The notes under the pieces are model-generated. The model did no database searches and had not been told where the DNA came from. It saw only the letters and a program-made list of their open reading frames with translations. Of a stretch of DNA of 64,000 nucleotides, positions 10,296-20,579 are shown in pieces (the first letter of the stretch is position 1; each line of letters starts with the position of its first letter). Position numbers and translations under genes: made by a program. This DNA comes from a virus: the IMG/VR virus record IMGVR_UViG_3300028584_001237; one strand, written 5' to 3'.

Positions 10296-12139
10296 ACATT
10301 TCTCATTTTTAAAGGTTTAGTTACTTTTTTAACATCTCTAAAATTAAGAGATTCTTCCATTTCAAAAAGTTTCTCTTCTGATAGTTTGTGTTGTTTTCTA
10401 TTAGTGTAAATAGTGTTTGTTTGTATATGTGCAAGATCTTCTGATTTATCATATGAACTAATAGCGTCATCATTTTTTAGATGTTCAGCATAAATTGTAC
10501 CCCACTTATCAACAGTAAATCCAATCATGGAATTAATATCAGTTGAAGCTTTATTGAAGTCATACATAATATACTGAATATTACGACGATCAGAAACATA
10601 CTGGTCATAGTATTCTTGATCTCGAACAATACACCAAGAGGTTGAACCTAATGCTTCACATTGCTCATAAGTCTTAACCTCAAAAGTAACAACATTATTA
10701 TCATCATGAAGTTTATTTATTCCCAATGCAGATATTTTTTCAGATAAGGCTTCTTGTGTAAACCCATCAACATGATTAAGTATTCCACTCAACATAGAAA
10801 TAACATCTTCATTAGAATCAAGTGCAGCCAGTTTTTTGCCCACAAACGTTTGTAATTGAGCAGTTGTTACATTGTTGTCATATAAGGCTTTAAAATGAGG
10901 CTCGGTGATGTCATTAAATAAATGTTTATATTTAGCACTAAGAATACTAAATGCAAATTGTTTTATTTTATTTTTGTTGACTATATGGTTAATGTCATCG
11001 TCTATTGATTCAAATGTTTTATTCTTCCAAGAATTCAAATCAACATTATATTGTTTTAGAACCGAGTAGTTATCTAAAAATGAAATAGCTGCAGTAATAG
11101 AATTGTTATAGCTTACATCTTCTTTTAACTTATCTTGAAAGAAACTAATTGTCTTAGGTTTCTTTCTTAATAAATAAGCGAGAGCATCATTATGAAGGTC
11201 ACTGATAAAAGCTTTCAATGATTCGGTATCTTTGAATGTGTGATATTGACCATCCCTTTTATAAGCAATGCTGGCATCGTCAAAAAAGACAACTTTATTA
11301 ATTTTTTGAGCCGCTGTGAAATCAATAGACGTATAAACAGAATCATCAGTTAACATTTTTTCAATAAGAAAACCTTCAACAGATGATGTGTCATTATTTT
11401 TATTTAAAGTCTCTATAAACAAATCTGCATTCGTAATAAACATTGAAGGATTTATTTTAGTAAGTTCAACTTTAACAGTATCTAAGAATATCTGATTAGC
11501 AACGGTATATTCGTCATATAACTTCGTTAAGTTATTCATGTCAGGAGTATTGTTTTTTATATAATTCTCGATAGAGTTAACAACATAAGATTTGTCATCT
11601 TTATGAAGTAAAGAAATACCTAATTGATTAGTTAATGTGTAGTTAAACATTAAAAATTTATTAACTTCAACATATTGTTTTTCAATTTTTTTTGAAATTT
11701 CTTTTATTGATTTTATTTGCTGAGCAAGTGTATCCGACATGTCCTCATTAAATTCATAAGACCCAGCCATTTGTGAATAATAAAAATCAGACCATACGGA
11801 ATTAACATCATCTTGAAGATCTGTCATTAACATAATGTGGTTTTTTTCAAAAGAATCTGGTGTAACCTTGGAAGCATAAAGGTCAACATCAAATTCACTA
11901 TTTAGAGAAGATACATCCGTGGATAGTATGGTGTCAACATAGCCAGATAATTTAGCAATAGTCTCTTTTATGTTTGGAACATTAGTTAATATTCTGTTGG
12001 CTTTATTTTTTTTCAACTCGGGTATAAAGGTCATTTCGTTATAATGTAAAAAATTATAAGAATTTACAGCCTCCCAACCATCGGGTGCAAGTCTAGTGGC
12101 TAAGTGTGTAATCTGTTTTAAACTTTCTTTCAAATCCAT
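10292..12139 (-). CDS. 615 aa protein with C-terminal PcfJ-like (LG.TSWCI.RD) domain, module copy 1 gene A
   Basis: EV..YEQC.ALG.TSWCIVRD..Y..QY motif; paralog of 15071..16912 and 35399..37258. Confidence 0.7.
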   Translation of the reverse strand: MDLKESLKQITHLATRLAPDGWEAVNSYNFLHYNEMTFIPELKKNKANRILTNVPNIKETIAKLSGYVDTILSTDVSSLNSEFDVDLYASKVTPDSFEKNHIMLMTDLQDDVNSVWSDFYYSQMAGSYEFNEDMSDTLAQQIKSIKEISKKIEKQYVEVNKFLMFNYTLTNQLGISLLHKDDKSYVVNSIENYIKNNTPDMNNLTKLYDEYTVANQIFLDTVKVELTKINPSMFITNADLFIETLNKNNDTSSVEGFLIEKMLTDDSVYTSIDFTAAQKINKVVFFDDASIAYKRDGQYHTFKDTESLKAFISDLHNDALAYLLRKKPKTISFFQDKLKEDVSYNNSITAAISFLDNYSVLKQYNVDLNSWKNKTFESIDDDINHIVNKNKIKQFAFSILSAKYKHLFNDITEPHFKALYDNNVTTAQLQTFVGKKLAALDSNEDVISMLSGILNHVDGFTQEALSEKISALGINKLHDDNNVVTFEVKTYEQCEALGSTSWCIVRDQEYYDQYVSDRRNIQYIMYDFNKASTDINSMIGFTVDKWGTIYAEHLKNDDAISSYDKSEDLAHIQTNTIYTNRKQHKLSEEKLFEMEESLNFRDVKKVTKPLKMRNV

Positions 12140-12188
12140 AGATAAACAATAAATTAATTAATATTAGTATACCATAAAAATATAATTA

Positions 12189-13157
12189 TTAAATATCAAT
12201 CATGTCTTGAAGAATCAAACGAGTATCCAGCTCATCCATAGATAGATTGGAAAAGTCATAAGCTGATGGCCTATACAGTTCAGGCAATAATTCTGAATAT
12301 TTAGCAAGCGTTTCTGAATCGTTCAGAAATTTTAGAAGTTGATATAAGATGGATTTATACTCATCTGGAGTAAAGTGTTTGAAAAATAATTTAGGCTTTT
12401 GATCGTAGGAATAAGGTTTTGCTTTTTTTTCAGTGGTAATAAAACCATATGTAGGTGATGATCGAGAATACTCAAAATGTTCACGATGAAGATCAGTGGC
12501 TGAAAACAATTTAAATTTAAACTCTTTTACAGTGAAGTCAGATTTAAAGTATACATAACCCCGATATAAGAGTTCAACATTGGTGGTGATGTTTAAAACT
12601 TTTCTTAAAAAAGCTTCATGTTCTGGGGTAAACCTAATATTTATATTAACAAAATAATAACCGGTTTTTGCGATTAACCTGTCAGGGGCCAAAGACCCAG
12701 AAATAGAAAAATCAGTAGAAACACTTTTTGTCTTTAAATCAGTCAGAAATCGTTGTTTAAAGGTTTCTCCAACAAATAAACCATCAAAAATTTTTTCGAA
12801 AGAAGCTGACAATTGTTCTCGAATGATCAAATCATCCTGCTTAGCTGTTTGAAAGCTTTCCTCAAGAAAATCTGTAAGGGCAGCTCTCGAATTTTCTCTT
12901 TTTATCTTATAAATAGTGTAAACAGAATCTTTACTTATAAAATCCGAGAAGAATAGACACTCACCAGAAGATTCTAGAATAGGCTTCATAAATTCTTCTA
13001 ATTCTTCTAAAACCTTTGAAGGGTTTTTGGAGTAGTCAACAAAATGCTGTGGAGACAAATAAGGAAGTCTGATAACGACATTTTTAACAAGAAATCGATC
13101 ACGCTTCCTGTAATCGGAAGATGCGTATTGAATATTTTCGATATAGTCTGCGAACAT
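12189..13157 (-). CDS. C-terminal 'DMxxI' motif family protein
   Basis: ends LLPELYRPSAYDF...RLILQDMIDI; lies between the two module copies. Confidence 0.85.
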   Translation of the reverse strand: MFADYIENIQYASSDYRKRDRFLVKNVVIRLPYLSPQHFVDYSKNPSKVLEELEEFMKPILESSGECLFFSDFISKDSVYTIYKIKRENSRAALTDFLEESFQTAKQDDLIIREQLSASFEKIFDGLFVGETFKQRFLTDLKTKSVSTDFSISGSLAPDRLIAKTGYYFVNINIRFTPEHEAFLRKVLNITTNVELLYRGYVYFKSDFTVKEFKFKLFSATDLHREHFEYSRSSPTYGFITTEKKAKPYSYDQKPKLFFKHFTPDEYKSILYQLLKFLNDSETLAKYSELLPELYRPSAYDFSNLSMDELDTRLILQDMIDI

Positions 13158-13224
13158 TATGTCGTTACCTTCGTTTTAATAGTAAAAATACTACTGCCAT
13201 TATAGACTGAATTGTGTTGTTAAG

Positions 13225-13626
13225 TCAATCTGTCCATTTTACATCAAACTTAACACCATGTTCATTGTAGTAAACAATTTTATTGATAGCCATTCTGGCA
13301 AAACAATCAAAGTCATCATTGGTTTCATCATTAATCAAATCAATGGAAACATTATCAAGACCGTCAACATCAAAACTGGAGAAGTAATCTTCAAAATCGC
13401 CTCTGTACTCTACTGGATATTCAACGCCTTCTGATCGGTTTGCTTCAACCATATCTCTAAGCTCATTAAAGCGAGAGATGTATTTTTCGAGATCGTTTAA
13501 ATCTCCACTAGGAACAATAGCTGTTTCCTGACGGACATTATAGTCAGTAGCCCCATGAATGTATTCAATAGTGATTTCAAAACGTGGAGCAATGTCTTGC
13601 TCCACAGGAGTTAGCTCAAATTTCAT
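13225..13626 (-). CDS. small acidic protein, module copy 2 gene C
   Basis: paralog of 8355..8759. Confidence 0.85.
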   Translation of the reverse strand: MKFELTPVEQDIAPRFEITIEYIHGATDYNVRQETAIVPSGDLNDLEKYISRFNELRDMVEANRSEGVEYPVEYRGDFEDYFSSFDVDGLDNVSIDLINDETNDDFDCFARMAINKIVYYNEHGVKFDVKWTD

Positions 13627-13688
13627 AAAAAAACCTTTTCATTAGAAAAGGTATTATATCAAAAAAATGTATTATTTACAATATTTAT

Positions 13689-15074
13689 TTAAAAAGTGGG
13701 TTTATTTTTGAGCGGTTTAATCAACGTTAGCTTATCTTTATGATAGTTTTCTAATGCTTCCTCAAATGACTTAGATTGAGTAATAGCTCCTATTTTTTTA
13801 AACCCTAAATCATGATGGATTAAAATAAGATTAGGATACTCAGAGGTAACAAGTTCCACTAATTCTTCCTTATTAATGTAATGATAAAGAGTGCTGTCTT
13901 TTGAGAGGTCGATAATAATGTTGTTTTTGTTCAAGTAATCCAATACCGGCAATACGAAGTTTTTTCTGTCTGAGTGCTTAATACAAAAGGCAACATCAGA
14001 ATCAACACCTTTACAATAAGTAAGTGCCACTTCTTTCTCTATGTGAAGATTATGATAATAAGCTTTAAAGAAAACATTGTCACCATACAAATGAACAAAG
14101 TTTAATTCAGCTTCAATAAATCTATTGGAAATATGAGAATACCCATCAGTATAGCTTGGGTAGGCAGTTGCCATAAACGATTTAGGTTCTATAAGGTCAA
14201 AGTCAGCCGTAGCGTCAGCCAAAGGCACACCTGAGAACCTGATAGCGTTGTCATCGGTCATACAGTGGGTTAACGATTCATCAAACGATTTAAACCATTC
14301 TGGGTGCTTTAGCTTGGCGTCTTCAATGAATTGATTAAGCAATGGCTTATTTAGCACTTCATCTTCTTTTTCAGCATTTAATAGTCTGCCAATAATCAAC
14401 GATTGCTGAATTTTAAATAAATCGAAATATTTATCAAAGCGTTCATACAAAGTATTCATAATGGTATCAGGATCTTCCGTAGTCCTAATTCTAAACAAAT
14501 GCGTCAACTGATAAGTGGTGAGTTCATTCCCAATGTATAATGAAGTGGATAACTGATCAATTAATCCGTCAAGGTAATGACGAAGTGATGTTTCATTGAC
14601 AACTTCTTTACTCAATGCCTCTTTTAAACCATCAAATAGTTCTATAATTTTGATAGATGAAATACCTCTGTTAAGCTTTGAAACATTGTTATGGTCATCT
14701 AAAAATTTGAATGCAGGTTCTACGAATTCTTTAAAGCTACGACTGTCATCCAATATCTTCTTGAGTTCCTGTATCTGTTCAAAATGTTTATTTTTAATAA
14801 TGGGAACAATTTCTGGTCGGCTAGGTGAATCTAACTCCGTAAATTTATTGATTACATCATCCTTAACTAATAAATTACGGGTAGAATGACCAATCATGAT
14901 AGGATGCTCATCAGAATCGGATTTAACCAATATCATGTCATAGAAATTATCAAGTAATGTTGATTTATAGAACTTAAAAGTTGCATAATAATCAAAGCGG
15001 TTGTCTTCAATGTTGTTTTTTGACTTGAACTCATTTAATAAGTCTATAAATTCTTCTTTAGTTGCTTTTTTCAT
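13689..15074 (-). CDS. uncharacterised 461 aa protein, module copy 2 gene B
   Basis: paralog of 8868..10295; ATGA overlap; ends KPLKNKPTF. Confidence 0.85.
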   Translation of the reverse strand: MKKATKEEFIDLLNEFKSKNNIEDNRFDYYATFKFYKSTLLDNFYDMILVKSDSDEHPIMIGHSTRNLLVKDDVINKFTELDSPSRPEIVPIIKNKHFEQIQELKKILDDSRSFKEFVEPAFKFLDDHNNVSKLNRGISSIKIIELFDGLKEALSKEVVNETSLRHYLDGLIDQLSTSLYIGNELTTYQLTHLFRIRTTEDPDTIMNTLYERFDKYFDLFKIQQSLIIGRLLNAEKEDEVLNKPLLNQFIEDAKLKHPEWFKSFDESLTHCMTDDNAIRFSGVPLADATADFDLIEPKSFMATAYPSYTDGYSHISNRFIEAELNFVHLYGDNVFFKAYYHNLHIEKEVALTYCKGVDSDVAFCIKHSDRKNFVLPVLDYLNKNNIIIDLSKDSTLYHYINKEELVELVTSEYPNLILIHHDLGFKKIGAITQSKSFEEALENYHKDKLTLIKPLKNKPTF

Positions 15075-16912
15075 GAAAATCTCATCTGTAAAGGTTTAGT
15101 TTGTTTGATATTCTTAATACCAAGAATATCTTCCATATCAGCAATAGTTTCTTCTGATAACGAGTGTCGCTTTTGATTTTTGTAAATAGTGTCTGTCTGG
15201 ATAGCAACAAGACTGTCTGCCTTATTGTAATGGCCTATCGAAGAGTCATCCTTCCAGTGTTCGGCATAAATGTTGCCAGTTTTATCGACCGTAAAACCAA
15301 CCATTGATTCAATGTCTGTTGATAATTTATTGAAGTCGTAAATTATATATTGATTGTTTTTTCTGTCTGTCACATACTGGTCGAAATAATCTTCGTCACG
15401 AACAATACACCAAGAGGTTGTGCCTAATGCTTTACATTGTTCATAATCTATAACTTCAAAGGCGACCACATTATTAGCATCATGAATTTTTTGTATACCG
15501 AATGATGCCAACTTCTCAGTTAATGCCTCTTGAGTAAAGCCATCCACATGATTAAGAATACCATTCAACATAGAAATGACATCTTCGTTTGAATTAATTG
15601 CTGCTAATTTTTTACCCACAAATGTTTGTAATTGTGAAGTCGTCACATCGTTATCAAAAAGTGCTTTGAAATAAGGTTCAGTCTCTTCATTGAAGTGGTG
15701 TTTATATTTAGCACTCAAAATACTATAAGAGAACTGTTTAATTTTGTTCTTATAGACCAAATTGTTAATGGTGTCATCAATCAACTCAAAACTCTTATCA
15801 GAAAAGTTATTTAGATCAAAGTTGTATTGCTTTAATATTTGAGAATGTTCTAGGAACGATGTCGCTGCTTTGATAGAGTTACCATACTCAGAATCTTCTT
15901 TCAATTTGGTCTGGAAGAAGCTGATCGTTTTAGGCTTTTTTCTGAGCAAGAAGGCTAATCCTTCTTGGTGAATATCACTGATGAATTCAGCAAGGCCATC
16001 ATTGTCCTTGATGGTGTGATACTGGTTATTTCGTTTGTAGGCAATACTGTTATCATCAAATACGAAGGCTTTCTCTATTTTTTGAGCGGCTGTGAATTCA
16101 ACTGTGGCAAGTAACTGATCTGAGAACATTTTTGTAGCCAAGAAATTCTCAACTGAATTATTAGCTTGATGTTGTAATTCTTTGGCAATGAAAGCGTCAG
16201 CCTTTGTCACGAAAGTCTCTGGGTTGATTTCTATCAAGGCTTCTTTGATGTCTTTCAATAAGGCCGCATTTAAATCCTTATATTGCTCATATAAGGATGT
16301 CAATTCGTTAATATCAGGCATTTGTTCTGCGTACTTATTAATAGAAGACACAACATATAATCGGTCTTCTTCATGCAACATTGATTTAGGTAGTTGTTCA
16401 GACAACGTATAGTAAAATAAAAGAAAACGATTGATTTCATTGTGTTTAGCATCTAAATCTTTTGCCACTTGATTAATGAGTTCACGTTGGTCTTCAAATT
16501 TGTTAATGACGGATGGATCTTTTTTCACTGATTTATCTTGCCCATAACAATAGAAGTCAATCCAAGCACCATTGATTTCAGCTTGTAATGATGTGTGCAA
16601 ATTAATATTTTTATTATCATTAACATTGATGGCAATACTGGATGAATACTTATTAACGTCGAATGGCGTAGTTAACGAGTTAAGATCAGTTTCTTGTATA
16701 GTTTTTATAAATTTAGCCACTTTATCAATAGCATCTTTGATAGATGGACCTTTAGTAACAACTCTATTGGCTTTATTGTTATGTAAATATGGGATAAAAG
16801 TCATTTCATTATAGTTTAAGTACGTGTTTCCAAACGTATTATCTCTTACAGTATCAGTAAATCTTAAATATTTTAATAATGCAATTGTTCTTAAGTTGTC
16901 TCTTAATGTCAT
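15071..16912 (-). CDS. 613 aa PcfJ-like domain protein, module copy 2 gene A
   Basis: LGTTSWCIVRD motif; ends KPLQMRFS. Confidence 0.7.
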   Translation of the reverse strand: MTLRDNLRTIALLKYLRFTDTVRDNTFGNTYLNYNEMTFIPYLHNNKANRVVTKGPSIKDAIDKVAKFIKTIQETDLNSLTTPFDVNKYSSSIAINVNDNKNINLHTSLQAEINGAWIDFYCYGQDKSVKKDPSVINKFEDQRELINQVAKDLDAKHNEINRFLLFYYTLSEQLPKSMLHEEDRLYVVSSINKYAEQMPDINELTSLYEQYKDLNAALLKDIKEALIEINPETFVTKADAFIAKELQHQANNSVENFLATKMFSDQLLATVEFTAAQKIEKAFVFDDNSIAYKRNNQYHTIKDNDGLAEFISDIHQEGLAFLLRKKPKTISFFQTKLKEDSEYGNSIKAATSFLEHSQILKQYNFDLNNFSDKSFELIDDTINNLVYKNKIKQFSYSILSAKYKHHFNEETEPYFKALFDNDVTTSQLQTFVGKKLAAINSNEDVISMLNGILNHVDGFTQEALTEKLASFGIQKIHDANNVVAFEVIDYEQCKALGTTSWCIVRDEDYFDQYVTDRKNNQYIIYDFNKLSTDIESMVGFTVDKTGNIYAEHWKDDSSIGHYNKADSLVAIQTDTIYKNQKRHSLSEETIADMEDILGIKNIKQTKPLQMRFS

Positions 16913-16993
16913 GATTTTTTATAATATTATTCGATATTATCATTATAACATAAAGCAAAATTATTTAAAGTTAGTTGTCTTTTTTTAATGAAT

Positions 16994-17016
16994 AAAAAAG
17001 AGGCCGAAGCCTCTTT
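16994..17016 (-). terminator. intrinsic terminator (AAAAAGAGGCCGAAGCC family)
   Basis: identical core to the copies near 316, 953, 27109, 28461 and 46336. Confidence 0.9.
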
Positions 17017-17036
17017 CTGTTAAAGTAATTATCAAA

Positions 17037-17237
17037 TTACGCAGGCATGGTATCCCAGTGAGTAGCTTCCACTCGAACCAAGCCCCGAGAAGTCATCTCA
17101 AACCAGCCCGATTCACGTTCGCCATTAGGATGGTCGAAGTGAGCAATAGTAGAGCCTTGACGACCTTTGATTTTTACCAAATAGACACCATAGTCTTCTG
17201 GTTCTTGATAAACAGGTTTCCAATCTGCGACGGCCAT
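17037..17237 (-). CDS. small DUF551-like phage protein
   Basis: W.PV..EP...G.YLV...  ...ATHW.TMP pattern. Confidence 0.55.
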   Translation of the reverse strand: MAVADWKPVYQEPEDYGVYLVKIKGRQGSTIAHFDHPNGERESGWFEMTSRGLVRVEATHWDTMPA

Positions 17238-17287
17238 AATGATTTCTCTCTATAATTTATTGGTAGGTTGCTTGTTTTGATGTGTCA

Positions 17288-17343
17288 AGTATAACAAAAT
17301 TGAGCTTTTCTGTAAAGAAAAAAGAGGCCGGAAGCCCCTTTTT
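17288..17343 (-). promoter_or_regulatory. terminator-promoter cassette (TTTACA-N17-TATACT)
   Basis: read directly. Confidence 0.85.
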
Positions 17344-17357
17344 AATAAAATAAATAG

Positions 17358-17780
17358 TTACATTGCTGTGCTTACACCAATATTAAGCAAATCTTGAATA
17401 ATCATATCACGTTGTGGATCATCAGGGATATCATAGTCAGCCGTACAATAAACCACATTTTCTTCTTCATCATGGTATGGACGAAGTGCATGAAAAACAG
17501 TTCCATAATTATTTATTATGGCAATCACTTGTGGTTCTTTGTCACGACAAGCTTGCATTCTAGGATCTTCATTAGGGTCTGTTGGGTTGTTCGGATCATT
17601 TGGATTCGGTGGAGGAATAGACGGCCCACCATTAGTATCTGAAAAAATAATACTGTTGCTTGGTAAGTTTCCACCATTTCCACCAATACCATTTTCTAAT
17701 GGCATATTAACTGAGTACCCTGCAAAAGATGTAAAAGGAATAATAAGTAATAGAAATAATGATTTTTGTTTAAAGTTCAT
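17358..17780 (-). CDS. secreted protein with Gly/Asn and Pro/Asn-rich linker and a small Cys-pair domain
   Basis: signal peptide (...PFTSFA), PPPNPNDPNNPTDPNEDP, two Cys. Confidence 0.75.
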   Translation of the reverse strand: MNFKQKSLFLLLIIPFTSFAGYSVNMPLENGIGGNGGNLPSNSIIFSDTNGGPSIPPPNPNDPNNPTDPNEDPRMQACRDKEPQVIAIINNYGTVFHALRPYHDEEENVVYCTADYDIPDDPQRDMIIQDLLNIGVSTAM

Positions 17781-17914
17781 AATAATTTAATACGTTGGTT
17801 GATAACTTAATATTATGATATTTTAACAAAAAGTCAATGTGCTTATACAAAGATTAAGACATAATTCAAATATTATGCTATAATAATTATATCAACTAAT
17901 TGTAGAGATATTAA

Positions 17915-18538
17915 ATGGAAAAAAATAACTTATTTAAAGAAAAGATAAGCGAAAACCTATACAAAGATGTGTTAGGTTACTTCAAAAACTTGCACGATGA
18001 AAAAAGATCGGTTGAAACATTAAAGAAAAAAATAAAAGATAGAACAAATCTTCATATGGGATTTGGAATTTTAAGTGGTAGCGTTGGCTTAGTGACAATT
18101 GGCATGGCGATTTCAAACAATTATGAAATCTACAAAGTAAGTGCAGAAACATTACATATAGCAGGTGTTGCTTCTCTTGCAATGGCAACTATCAGTACAA
18201 ATATATACAAAGGTATTACTGCATTAAGGCGTGAATATTTAGACAGTTTCAATAAAAGCCCACTACAGGATCTTGACACCTATTCGCAGTTTGAAAAGAG
18301 ATTAGTGATGGACTTAAACGCGGCTGGTGTCGCAGTAGAATATAGACACGTCTCTGATTATATGGAATTTGCAGAAATGAGAGACTTATGGGAAACATCA
18401 AAAAATGTCGATGACGAACTTAAACAAAAAACAGAAACCTATGTAAAAAGATTGCTAGAAGAATACAAAGAACCGTTAGAAAATGAAATAACAATGGCTG
18501 AACGCCTCATAAAACCTAGAAGGCATACACCAAAATGA
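17915..18538 (+). CDS. membrane protein (about 2 TM) with basic C-terminal tail
   Basis: hydrophobic segments; ends KPRRHTPK; terminator at 18538-18561. Confidence 0.8.
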   Translation: MEKNNLFKEKISENLYKDVLGYFKNLHDEKRSVETLKKKIKDRTNLHMGFGILSGSVGLVTIGMAISNNYEIYKVSAETLHIAGVASLAMATISTNIYKGITALRREYLDSFNKSPLQDLDTYSQFEKRLVMDLNAAGVAVEYRHVSDYMEFAEMRDLWETSKNVDDELKQKTETYVKRLLEEYKEPLENEITMAERLIKPRRHTPK

Positions 18539-18665
18539 AAAGAGGCTACGGCCTCTTTTTTTACATCCAATAAAAAAACAACTCCGTTAATCGAACAACA
18601 CATCAATAACATTGACAAGATATGGCACAATGATACAATTTTTTATATTTTAAAGGAGTTTTGTT

Positions 18666-19232
18666 ATGAAAGTAAGTCTTATAATGTTGCTGTGTGCAAT
18701 GTCATCAATTGCAATTGCAGACGAATCAAAAGTGTTCACTGCCGATAATGGCATTCAATTAATCAACATACCTGCAGATCAAAGTGTAAAGATGGCAACG
18801 TTTGGTGGTTCATTTGAGGCTGGCTCTATTCAATATGAGACACAAGCTAGAAAAGAAACTGATCCCTATCTAATGCACTGTTTCGATAGAAAGAAAAAGG
18901 ATTCTAACAACTACCTCAGAATGGCTCCTGACACCAATCATGTCTGTTTGAATGAGACAGGTAAAGAACTGGCTAAGGGGTTAGGTCAATTACAGTTTGC
19001 AGACTTCAAAGTCATCAAAGAAAAAATCAAGAACAAAGATATCAAAACTATCAAAGTGAACTTAAAAGGAAAAGAGAATGTAATATCAACCTTAACAAAC
19101 AATTCATCAATCCCTAACTTAGCCTTTGGTAAAAAAGAAGTATCTAACAGTGATTATGTATATACCTATTATTCATTCGATCCAAGTAATGGTGATATTG
19201 TAAATAACAAAATTTACGAGTATTCTTACTAA
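18666..19232 (+). CDS. secreted hypothetical protein
   Basis: signal peptide MKVSLIMLLCAMSSIAIA; GGAG SD. Confidence 0.8.
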   Translation: MKVSLIMLLCAMSSIAIADESKVFTADNGIQLINIPADQSVKMATFGGSFEAGSIQYETQARKETDPYLMHCFDRKKKDSNNYLRMAPDTNHVCLNETGKELAKGLGQLQFADFKVIKEKIKNKDIKTIKVNLKGKENVISTLTNNSSIPNLAFGKKEVSNSDYVYTYYSFDPSNGDIVNNKIYEYSY

Positions 19233-19250
19233 ACAACATCAGGAATTATA

Positions 19251-19892
19251 ATGGAACATTTAACAAAAGAAGAGTTTAAAGAAAAATTAGAATTATCAGC
19301 GTTAATGTATTTACTCATGATAGTCAATAAACCAATAACTGATAAAAATTCTACATCATACATTTGGCATTATCGGTTCATAAATTTTTTAAATGCAATG
19401 TTAAGTAACAATGACATTCCAGAAGGTAGTTCTCTTAAAGAAATAATAGAATTTACTATTGATAATAAATCTGAAAAATTAAACCAATATCTTGATTATT
19501 TACCGGGTTTGAGATTACCATTCGGTGAAAATAAAGATTTTGATGCACTGGCACTTCAAAATCATAGCTGGATGGTATTGATGCTTAATCATGGAAATGA
19601 AGACTATGAAAAAAGTATAACGAGTGATTCTGATTATAAATTAACATTTAAAGAACAGAATTGTTTTACCTTCTCAAATAAAGATAACCACTTACATATA
19701 CAATCAAATTCCTCAAACATACTAGACTATAAGTGGACAATAATAAGTGTAGAATGCAATAATAACGTCATCATTAAAAATATAAATTTTGATAACGAGG
19801 CCGATATTCGATACTATCTGACAAATTATGAAGACTTGGCACATTTACAAAATAATGATGCCAATACCATGATTGATATATTGCGATTTTGA
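19251..19892 (+). CDS. hypothetical protein, C-terminal motif family (divergent)
   Basis: AGGA SD; ends NTMIDILRF. Confidence 0.75.
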   Translation: MEHLTKEEFKEKLELSALMYLLMIVNKPITDKNSTSYIWHYRFINFLNAMLSNNDIPEGSSLKEIIEFTIDNKSEKLNQYLDYLPGLRLPFGENKDFDALALQNHSWMVLMLNHGNEDYEKSITSDSDYKLTFKEQNCFTFSNKDNHLHIQSNSSNILDYKWTIISVECNNNVIIKNINFDNEADIRYYLTNYEDLAHLQNNDANTMIDILRF

Positions 19893-20171
19893 TGTGAATG
19901 GAGAAAACCGATATTTGTCGCAAACGGATTGAAGAGATGTTTTCAAATCCGCTTCAACGCCATCATAATAAGGAATGATAACACCAGAAACAGTGAAAAT
20001 AGCAGAATATTTGTTTTCAAATTCGATGTTAAAGACTGGCTTTGAACCATGAATGACTTGTTTGAAACTTTTAAGCTTTCCGAAAACAACATGTTTATCT
20101 GAAACAACCACTACTTTCTGGTTAATCAGCTTTGAGTGATACTTAAACAATTCCACAAAATAGTTAGACAT
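19845..20171 (-). CDS. hypothetical protein
   Basis: ATG 20171 after GGGAG; 3' end overlaps convergent gene by 48 nt. Confidence 0.7.
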   Translation of the reverse strand: MSNYFVELFKYHSKLINQKVVVVSDKHVVFGKLKSFKQVIHGSKPVFNIEFENKYSAIFTVSGVIIPYYDGVEADLKTSLQSVCDKYRFSPFTSKSQYINHGIGIIIL

Positions 20172-20269
20172 AATAAGCTCCCACAAGAGCCTATTATGTT
20201 AACATATTTATTAACGAAAACAATCACAATATAGTGTTAATCACAAAGTATTAATTGATTGCTCTTTAT

Positions 20270-20506
20270 TTATTTTTCAACAATCAACGGGTTCGCAAAA
20301 AATGTTGTTTGTTCTTCCTGCGAAAGATAATTCTCAAAGTCAGAAAACAAGAATTCTTTTTTGTAAGAAAAAACACCGTCAAAGAGCAACTGAGCAATAC
20401 TCATGTCAAGCTCAAACTTATCAGCAAGGGTTTTAACGAACTCTGGTTCATTAAGGTTATCGAAAGCACCATTCAATTTGAACTTTTGCGTAAACAATCC
20501 AGCCAT
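20270..20506 (-). CDS. hypothetical protein
   Basis: ATG 20506 after GGGAG. Confidence 0.75.
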   Translation of the reverse strand: MAGLFTQKFKLNGAFDNLNEPEFVKTLADKFELDMSIAQLLFDGVFSYKKEFLFSDFENYLSQEEQTTFFANPLIVEK

Positions 20507-20579
20507 GATAAAAACTCCCAAGATAAAAGTGAATAAAGATTATACCATACTTAACTGCAAAATGTAACTATAATATGAG

